Shown one piece after another: positions 38,601-47,797 of a stretch of DNA of 64,000 nt. This DNA comes from Selaginella moellendorffii (taxonomy: Eukaryota; Plantae; Lycopodiophyta). How positions within the stretch are numbered: the first letter of the stretch is position 1; each line of letters begins with the position of its first letter. Under the pieces are notes generated by a model. The model did not search any database. It was not told where the DNA came from and worked only from the letters and a program-made list of their open reading frames with translations. A program made the translations under genes and the position numbers. Location: NCBI RefSeq assembly GCF_000143415.4, contig NW_003314393.1:253175-317174 (forward strand), given 5' to 3'.

Positions 38601-40407
38601 GCACCTGCTGGATCACTAAAGGTACTTCTTCCGTTCTTGTCTTTTTGTCACTCTTCACCGAGAGTAAGCACAAAAAGGCTGCCTTAGTTCCTTTAGTGAG
38701 TTGTCCTCTCGTGGACACCAGGTTTAAGCATGACTCTTTGGCCTTGCTTTGCCCTACCTTTAGATCCTGGGCCTCCACCCTAGATCTTCTTCCTTGGGCA
38801 TTCGCCAATACCACAAGGTTCCTACCTTGTCCATGTAGGGCTACCACGAACCGATTAAACCAATCCATTCCGAAGATCACGTCAAATCCCGCCATGTCCA
38901 AGACGGTGAAATCCATGTCCACTTTCCATGTCCCCACTTCGACTCTCGCTTGTCGAAGTACCTCATCGGTGCTTTGGCTACCTTGAACAAACTCTATAGT
39001 CCTTGGTTCGCCTAGCCGCTGCACCGTTAGTCCGGCTTGCCGGACTATGTCTGCAGCCACAAAATTATCCGAAGCACCCGTGTCAATAAGGATCTTAACA
39101 AAGCTACCTCCGAGCTTCCCTCGGAGGGCTAGTAGATGTCGCGAACGACTCTCTACCAAAGTTGCTCGTGTAATGAGTAACTTTGAGTTAGGGACTGGAT
39201 CACATACCTCAGTTTGGACTTCACCCGACTTGATGGCCATATTGGCTCTGGCCTTCTTCGGGTAGGGACATTCCCTCGAGAAGTGTCCCGCTTCGCCGCA
39301 GTTGTAGCATACGTTGTTGCCCACGCTGCTATACGACTTGACCTTCTTATCCGTGGGTTTGTCTTTTTTCGCTTGACTTCCCCACGTACTCGCTCGCTGG
39401 CCACCGGATTTGCCTTTCCGAAACCCCGAGGACTCATTCTTAGAGAAACTCTTCTTGAATTTCCCCTTGCTATATGTTCCCCTCGGTTTGGCCCCTTTGT
39501 GAAACGTGGATCCCGACCCCGTCGTGTTCCCCTTTCGCAGGTTATCGTTGAAATGCACCTTGATGGCCGCATCCAACGCTTCCTTGTAGTTGGTCGGGTT
39601 CCAGCGCATCACCTCACCGCGAGCCCAGGTTTGCAAACCTGATATAAAGGCATGGAACGCATCCATATCCCCCATGTCCGTGACAAGTATCCTCTTTGCC
39701 ATGAACCCATTCACATATTCCTGGATGGTTCCAGTTTGCTTCAGCCTACTCAACTCATCTCTCAGATGCAGAGTGGCATTCGGAGGAACGTATGTCGCGC
39801 GGATCCTCGCCTTCATCATGTCCCAGGTGGCCACCGGTCCTTCGTTGGCCTCCGTTGTTCTCCACCAAGACTTGGCATTATCTGCCAAGTATGGTTTTGC
39901 ACATGGGACCTTCTCCGAGCTCGGTAACCACAACGCTCGGAAGTAGTCCTCCATATCGTAAAACCAATCCTCCACAACCTTATAGTCGTTCACTCCCTTG
40001 AACACCGGTGGGGGCTTTGGTTTGTACTTGGGAACTGCCTGAGGGACTGATTCCACTTCGGTCTGTTCGACCTTGTCTGGTTTTGCCTCAGTCCCTGCCG
40101 AAGGGTCCGCACCTTCTGCGCTGCCAGCATCCGCAGTCTTTCGCTTTTTCTTCCGCTTCTCGTCACGCTTTAACTTGCGTACGAGAGTCTCCAGCAGGGC
40201 ATTAGTCTGTGCCAACTGTCTTTCTAGCACGTCCAATCGAGCCTTGGACGACCGAACCTCGCCACCGGACTCCTGTTTGGAAGTTTCCTCACTGGAGTCC
40301 TCCTCATGCAAGGATTCCTCATCCATAGCCTCTTGTTCAACCGGAGGCTCCAGCTCCGGCGGAGGTTCCGTCTCCGCCTGGGTTCGCTTACGCCCTGCCC
40401 TTGCCAT
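35635..40407 (-). CDS. gag-pol polyprotein (Gag, CCHC knuckle, protease, RT, RNase H, integrase, chromodomain) in three exons
   Basis: 1295-aa ORF ([29 protein letters not shown] zinc finger, IISDRD) joins ORFs 36065-36493 and 35635-36039 in frame after removing GT-AG introns 36487-36533 and 36017-36068. Confidence 0.93.
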
Positions 40408-40466
40408 CTCCCAGCAATCCGCCTCTATCCTTCGCTAGAACTGAGATAAAGGCTCCGATACCAAAT

Positions 40467-41614
40467 TGTAAGCCACAAATTTTTCCTTTCCAATTTGCCA
40501 GCTTACCTCGTCTATCCGTCCAACACTGCCTTGGCTTTTGCTAAGTTCCCTTGCCAAGGTTCTCGCCTATGGTACCAGCTCCTACTTGGTTTCAGCTACT
40601 CACTGCACGAGCAATGGAGCGTTAGCCATCCTTCCACGGATTCCCAAATCACTCCCAATCCCCCTCCCCGGGTTAGACTGGACTTAAGGTTCGGCTACAC
40701 TCCCCGCAAGCACAAGCAGCCAAGCACACCAAGCTTCCAGGTTCCTAACATCCCTTGGTACCACAAGACTTGATCATAGGACCCTCTAAATCCCAAGTCT
40801 TGAGTGCAACGCTTGCTTCGGGACGCCGGGGCGAAACACCGTGGCCTAACGGCCCGGCATGGGTACCTCTCGCCCCCCACTTCCATCCCGAAGGAAGGCC
40901 CAAGCCCCTAGGAAGGGCGAGGACCAATGAGCCGCATGGTACTCAAGTGGGGCACCACTCCACATGAGCCGGGAGCACCGCAATCGGTTTCCCTTTCGGG
41001 AGTGGGAGCTGCTCTTGAGCACTTCCTTGGATGGCCCCTCCGGCACCAGCCAAGTCCATGCTCACTCCCACCCAAGGCCCTTTAGTCCCAGTCCCGACCT
41101 CAAGTCGGTTTGGAAGCCCAACTGGAGAGTCCCTTCAAAACTGGTTCCTGGACCTCACTATCCCTACTATACTTTTGGAACCCCCTGCAGCCCCCCCCCC
41201 CTGGGGGACGCACGCTTTGGGCTTTCACCCCTTGACCCGTATTAGTATTTGGACTTAGTCTCTGGCTCGATCTCGGATCCGATTTCGGATCCGACTTCGG
41301 ATTCGGGTTCGGACTCGATCGCGGACTCGATCTCGGACCCGATCTCGGGCCCGACCTCGGACTCGATTTCGGACTCGGTCTCGGACCCGATTTCGGATCT
41401 CGGACTCCGTCTCGAACTCGGTCTCGAACTCGGACTCGAACTCGGTCCCCGAGTCGGTCTTGGACTCGATTCCGGACCCTATCTCGAACTCGGTCCTAGA
41501 GTCGGTCTTGGACTCGATCTTTGACTTGGTCCCATCCGATGAACTCTTTGTCATTTTGGTCATGCTTTCGGGGTTCCCTTAGCCTACGACACCGCGGCGA
41601 GTTGGTTCCTTACA
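40467..41614 (-). repeat. 5' LTR of A2 (1148 bp)
   Basis: Adjacent to the PBS and gag start; direct repeat of 34085-35231. Confidence 0.97.
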
Positions 41615-44600
41615 CATCTTTTGTGTGATGGACTTCACAAACGAGGAGATCACTCATGCAGACGAAGTCAGCTCCATCATTGACTTAATGGTGGGACTTG
41701 CGGAGGTGGAATCTTCAGTCCACTATATGATCTACGACTCCGAATCCTATCACAAGTTCTGGAAGGCCTTGAACAAGGTGAAGGCTCGGTTGAAAGGCAA
41801 GGAGATGCGGGGGATCCATGGGATAATGGCTAAGAAGAAGATACCGACGAATGTCCGCATCTTCACAGTCGCCCTTGTTATTGGTCCTGCAGCAGAGTGG
41901 GACTGGAGTGACTTCCCAGCTTCGTTCAACAAAGCCGATCGAATTGATCTGAGGGAGGTCAATTTACCCGTGCCTGAGGAACTGAAGACGGCTATGGAGC
42001 TTTCGAATCCAAAGAAAGCTCCAGGTGCAGCATGGGAAATGCTCAGCTGGGTCTTCAACGCAATAGCGGGTGACTCCAAGGGCAAATGCGTTGTCGAGTA
42101 CAACTGCGGCGGACTATTCTTTCGAGCCGCACTACTCAAGGGTGTCCCGTGTGTTGCGGTGACAAACTCCATTAAAGAGGTGACTTCAATGGAGCATATA
42201 ATTACAGTTGCCAAAGAAAAACAGTATCTTCTCTACGAACCTGGTGAGTACGCACTTTAAGTTTAAATGTTATCTCACAAGCTCTGTATGCAGGAGCGTG
42301 GCCACCCCCAGATGCTGAAACGGCGTTAACAGCTACTGATGTTAGGCCGAGGTCACAACCTGCACAAGGTAAGGTCACGTGAGGCCTCACGCCATTTTGA
42401 TTATAGATCGTTGTGAATATTCAGACACGAGGACTGAAAAGCGCACTGGTGGCGCGTCGAAGAAGGACAAACAGACAAGCAATAGGAAAAAAGGAGGTAC
42501 AAATTATATTTGCAATGGCGTGTGGTCTCATGCCATTCCTTGCAGGAGACACTTCTTCAAAGGCAAAACAGGCAAGCACCAGCCAAGCTCAAACTGACAG
42601 TGGTCATAAAAAGCGAAAGCACGTTGGACAGTCGTCGGGATCAGAGGCGTTTGATTCGAAAAGGAAGAAGGGCAACGAAAAGATGATAGGTAATGCCTCG
42701 CGGTTATGGCGTGTGTGCTCATGCCATTCATTGCAGATCAAGGGCTGAGTGAAAGGAGCCAGTCACCACCTTCTGACTCAGATTCCTATGGCGGACTCCC
42801 CTTCCCCAATCTCAATGGAGAGGTACAATGGATGAGGGATGCTTTTCAAGTCAGGGCCACGTTTTTCTCATCTCGTCATCTTCGAAGGGTGCAAGAACGT
42901 GCAGAAACCATGTTAAGACAGTCGGGTGAGGATACGGTCCTAGGTCACGCACTAAAACAGGCTATGGATGTCTTGTATTTTGAGATGGAGACTCGGCCAG
43001 ATGATTTTTCCAAGATGGTCCTGGAAAAACAAGCAATCCAGCCTGAGCAGCCTATGGAAGAAATGCAAGAGGGGGATGAGGAGCCAGAGAAAGATAATGA
43101 GCAGGAAGAGCAGAAGGACGAAGAGGAGGACAAAGAAGAGGAGGACGAAGAAGAGGAGGACGAAGAAGAGGAGGACGAAGAGGACTTGGATGGTCCTCAC
43201 AATGGTGACGATCACAATAACGACGATGACGATGATGACGATGATGGCCAGCCTGAGGTGGCCAAAGAGCAGCGGAGGAAGGTCATACAAGACAAACCAT
43301 CAGGTAAATAATAGTACATCCATTCCTAACCTTTTACCATTTCTAACATTGTCCATGTAGGTCGCAGAAGAAATGGTAAGTAGAGATTATTCAGTTGAAT
43401 TAAGATACAAACTCTAGCCTTTAGTGTCGAGGAAGGATAGTGCCAAGCAAGGGTCGAAACGTATGTCCAATCCTTCAGAATCAGCAGTGCGCCCAAGTGA
43501 TATCGGTCCTAGTTCCTCAATAGCAGTTGATGGTAAATACAGTATAGTCGATTCAATGTGCTAATGAGTTTGTTTTTAGTAGCACGGGAGGATACCATCT
43601 CAATCGAAGGGAGATATTTGGACATGCATATGGATCCGCCAGTGGACTCTACTTGCCTGCAAGAGTCATCAGAGCTGGTGGAGGCTACTATCCATATCAA
43701 CGCCAAGCAAGCTGACCACGCTCCACTTGATGCTGCCCATACCACTGAGTCAATCTTGTCCACGTATCCAACTGACGGTGACCAGGCGCCATTGGACCCG
43801 CATGAGGCCGCCCCAGCCGCCGAGCCGGTCGTATCCTCATTTCCAACGTGTGCCCAATCGTCTGACTACGCGCCGTTGGAACCTCCCTACACCGCCCCTG
43901 CTGCCTGTTCGGTCATGTCCACTTTGCCAACGGAGGCACCAGCTGAAATGGCGTGTGATCACACGCCATCGGAACCACCCCATGCCACTGTTGAGCCAGT
44001 TGTACCAGAGTCTACAGCTGAAATGGCATGTGCCCACACGCCATCGGATGCGATTGACCCCACATTGCAGAGGAGAGTATTTCCGCCCTTCACGTTTCCT
44101 CGACCAAAACCCTCTGAACGACCATCGGGAGCACCATTCGCTAATATTGTAGATGGTAAAATTGACTTGTACCATTTTTTATGCTAACGCATTTCATTTC
44201 AGAGTCACGGCGAAAGTACTGTATCGTTTTTGATCTGAACGGTGTCCTTTTCTCCCATGAGCGTGGCTCGTCCTCGAATGTCACTGCACCCTCCAAAGCC
44301 TGCGGTCGCAAGTTGGTCAAAAGAGACAGATTCACATTAATCACACGGGAGAAACTGCGGGATCTAATAATGACCATGCGACACTTAAAACAGAGGGCCG
44401 GGTTCAATTTGCAATTGGGAGTTTGGACATCCATGATGTGCCACAATGCATTAACGTTGCTACAGATGATGCACGATCAGACGCGAGTAATATTACCATT
44501 TGACTTTCTCCTAACGCAGGAGGATTGCTTGACTATGGTCCATGTGAGGGGTAGCAAGCCCATTTTCGTCAAGCCAGAGGCTGTAGTGATGAACCGGACT

Positions 44601-45470
44601 GCTAGGTCAAGTGAAATCCTCATCATCGATGACTCGCCGATTAAAACTGCAGCGAACACGCACACATATGCAGTGCACCCCATCTCTTGCAGTATGGAAA
44701 CTAGGGAAAAGAAACCGTATGTTCTGGGGACCTTGCAAAACGGCTTGGAGCGATGGTGATAGAGAACCGGCCAGTCCAGGAGGTGGCTGCAGAAATCAAC
44801 CAAATGGCAGATGGAACGGTATATCAGAAGCCATTTGATCGGACAGACACCAGTCATCATTTATGGCATGTATATTGTCTAGCAAGCACTATCTGCATCT
44901 CCATAATCTGCTCAACCGGATGGGTTCTTCGACCATTGAATATGAGCGTGGACGTATTAGAGAAGAGATGGCATTACTATTGGGTTTAAATCCTGATAGT
45001 GTGGAGAGTGATGAAATTCCAAGATTATTGTATAGGCGTTGGAGGCAAAAAATAACAGTCTGAGATGGCATGTATTTATTTAAAAATGTAACTTATTATG
45101 GCATGGGGTTCCATGCCATTGTATTAATATTAAAAGACAATTCTTTGAGAGGATTTGCATTATACTAGAAGTGTTACAGCATGTTATTGGAAGTCTACGA
45201 AGTTGTTTTATTAATAAGGGGAAAGTAAAGATTGAATGGGGACTTGGGCTCCACCTAGACTCGGAGCAACTGAGCCAATATTAAAAGGATGGAAAGAAAT
45301 TGGACGACGATGACAAGGAGAAGAGAGAGGTGAAGCAGTGAGAAGTGATTGAGTAGACATTTCCTTGTTTAAAATAAAATGGCATGTGCCTCAATGCAGT
45401 TGAATTTTGTTATATTTATATACTATATAAAGGTTTGGAAACCTTATTTTACAAGTGGGATAATGACAAT

Positions 45471-45494
45471 TCCCACTTTAACGAAATAGAGCTT
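45471..45494 (-). repeat. Right TIR of the Sola-like element
   Basis: TCCCACTTTAACGAAATAGAGCTT followed by TSD TGTT. Confidence 0.95.
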
Positions 45495-45498
45495 TGTT

Positions 45499-45901
45499 TA
45501 AGATATTCTATAAGCTTATGTAGATTATTGGTTTGACACTACCTAATCTTTTAGTCTACAAAGAAAGAAAATAATCTATTAAACAACATAATTAATATTA
45601 AAATTAGAACATATTTAGTCTTTGTTTGCTTCCATGTCTAGAAAAGTAGAAATGGGTATAGTAAAATGCTCCTTCACTATAGGCTCGTGTTGCATGTAAT
45701 GTTGTATTATGCGTTCAACATAAATAGATAAGTGGAATTGACTTTGGTCCATATGATCATTCATATCATTAGGATCAAGCATGTGGACTAAAACACTGTG
45801 TGTGACAAGTATGGACTTAATAATATAGAAACATTTGAGAATAAATATTATAGATTACTTCAAACACTAACATCATCTATCGCAAAATCTCCTAAGAATA
45901 T
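45499..45901 (-). mobile_element. Continuation of old MULE copy B' (3' end of its ParB-MTase gene)
   Basis: Reverse complement of ~28650-29052 with transition-rich divergence; cut by an LTR at 45902. Confidence 0.88.
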
Positions 45902-47797
45902 TGTAAGGAACCAACTCCCCAAGGTGTCGAAGGCGAAAGGATCCTCAAAAGTGTGATTGAAATAATAAAGAATTCATTAGATGAGACCGAGTCCAAGATC
46001 AAGTCTGAGACCAACTCTAAGACCGAGTTTGAAACTGAGTCCAAGATCGAGTCTGAGACCGAGTCCGAGACTGAGTTCGAGACCAAGTCTCATATCCGAG
46101 ATCGGGTCCGAGACCGAGTCTGAGATCAAGTTCATGACAGAGTCCGAGGTCAGGCCCAAGATCGAGTCCGAGATCAAGTCTGAGACTGAGTCCAAGGCTG
46201 AGTCCAAGATCGAGTTGGAGATTGAGTCTGAGATTGAGATAGATTGGGCTAAGGGGCCTTGGGTGGGAGTGAGTATAGACTCGGGTGGTGCCGGAGGGGC
46301 CACCCAAGGAAGTGCTCAAGAGCAGCTCCCACTCCCGGAAGGGAAATTGATTGGAGTGGTCTCAACTCATGTGAAGTAGTACCCCACTTGAGTACTTTGC
46401 AGCTCATTGATCCTCGCCCTTCCTAAGGGCTTGGGCCTTCCCTTTGGGATGGAAGTGGAACCCATACTGGGCTGTTAAGCCATGGTGTTTCCCTCTAGCG
46501 TCCCAAAGCAAGTGTTGCACCCAACATTTGGGATTTAGAGGGTCCCATGATCAAGTTTTATTGTACCAAGGGATGTTAGAAACTTGGAGGTTTGGTGTGC
46601 TTGATTGCTTGTGCCTGTGGGGAGTGTAGCTGAACTTTAAGTCAGGGAGGGGGATTAAGAGAGATTTGGCAATCCGTGGATGGATGGGTAACGCTCCATT
46701 GCTTGTGCAATGAGTAGTTGAAACCAAGTAGGAGTTGGTGCAATAGGTGGGAACCTTGGCAAGGGAACTTAGTTAAGGCCAAGGCAATGTTGGTTGGATA
46801 GACAAAGTAAATTGGCAAATTGGAAAAAAAAAAATTGTGGCTTACAATTTGATACCAAAGCTTTTCCTCAGTTCTAGCATAAGATAGAGGTGGATTGCTG
46901 GGATATGGTAAAGGCAAGGCATAAATGAACCAAGGTGGAAATGGAACCTCTTCTAGAGTTGGAGCCTCCGGTCGAACAAGAAGCTATGGATAAGGAATCT
47001 TTGCATGAGGAGGACTCCAGTGAAGAAACTTCCAAACAAGAGTCTGGTGGTGAGATTCGGTCATTCAAGGTGATTGGACGTTCTAGAAGGACAATTGGCC
47101 CAAACCAATCCCCTGTTAGAGACTCTCGTATGCAAGCTAAAGCGTGACAAGAAGCAGAAGATAAAGCGAAAAACTACGGATGTTGGCAGTGTAGAAGGTG
47201 TGGAACGTTCAGCAGGGATTAAGTCGGAACCAAACAAGGTTGAACAAACTGAAGTGGAATCAGTCTCTCAAGCAGTTCCCAAGTACAAACCAAAGCCTCC
47301 ACCGGTTTAGGGTGAAGGAGTGAAGGACTATAAAGTGGTGGAAGATTCGTTTTACGATATGGAAGATTACTTTTGAGCATTGCGGTTACCAAGCTCAAAG
47401 AAGGTCCCATGTGCAAAACTATACTTGGCAGATAATGCTAAGTCTTGGTGGAGAACAATAGAAGTCAATGAAGGACCAATGGCCATTTGGGAAATTATGA
47501 AGGCGAGGATTTGTGCAACCTATGTTCCTCTGAATACATCTCTACATTTAAGGGATGAGCTAAGTAGGTTGAAGCAAACTAGAATAATTCAAGAGTATGT
47601 GAATGCATTCATGGCAAAGAGGATACTTATCATAGACATGGGTGATATGGATGCATTCCATGCCTTTATATCAGCCTTGCAAACCTAGGCTTGCGGCAAG
47701 GTGATGTGTTGGAACCCAACTAATTATAAGGAAGTGTTAGATGTGGCTATCAAGGTGCATTTCAATGATAACCTGTGAAAGGGGAACACAACTGGGT
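45902..47797 (+). mobile_element. Family A chromovirus copy A3: 5' LTR (45902-46846), decayed PBS and gag, cut by family C
   Basis: TGTAAGGAACCAACTC...GGCTTACA, and gag ORF pieces 46935-47688 matching A2. Confidence 0.9.

Larger units (their letters stand above)
34085..41614 (-). mobile_element. Near-intact young Ty3/gypsy chromovirus (family A, copy A2)
   Basis: TG...CA LTRs at 34085-35231 and 40467-41614 differ at only about three positions by eye. 5-bp TSD CATCT (34080-34084 and 41615-41619). PBS TGGTATCGGAGC. Purine-rich GGGTGGTGGAGT before the 3' LTR. Confidence 0.97.
31925..45063 (+). pseudogene. Sola cargo gene: ParB/Srx-like + degenerate MTase-like fold + acidic/repeat linker + FCP1/NIF-like HAD phosphatase; interrupted by a Ty3 insertion
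   Basis: ATG at 31925, intron 31928-32166, then an exon with YTIDVSRIEI...NHRLVSDEWVEKLKQKM...FYAVSGQHSSLAM. Intron 33346-33399; in-frame TAG at 33760. Excising the LTR element restores EQVKNIFCVMDFT. Then MLSWVFNAIAG...CVVEYNCGGLFFRAALLKGVPCVAV, a chain of ~47-57 nt introns to 44202, and CIVFDLNGVL, VWTS, LLTQEDC, LIIDDSPIK. Frameshifts near 44755 and ~44900. Confidence 0.75.
17594..45400. repeat. Dispersed 22-bp palindrome family ATGGCRTG-N6-CAYGCCAT confined to Sola-element sequence
   Basis: Full copies start at 17999, 30778, 31016, 31953, 32030, 42515, 42706, 43948, 44023 and 45098. Variant or half copies lie at about 17594, 17910, 18415, 18480, 19814, 19871, 29215, 29825, 29860, 29928, 30857, 31151, 32090, 33367, 42374 and 45379. 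Confidence 0.9.
17368..45494 (-). mobile_element. Giant Sola-like (Sola1/DUF7869-type) DNA transposon with a cargo gene and two nested TEs
   Basis: Perfect 24-bp TIRs AAGCTCTATTTCGTTAAAGTGGGA (17368-17391 and 45471-45494) and a 4-bp TSD TGTT (17364-17367 and 45495-45498). Removing the element restores the MULE terminal sequence seen intact near 29040-29070. It contains a Sola-type transposase. Confidence 0.88.

Noticed and set aside
42952-43290. Hydrophobic membrane-protein ORF on the minus strand
   Set aside because: It is the antisense of the GAA/GAG/GAC acidic tract.
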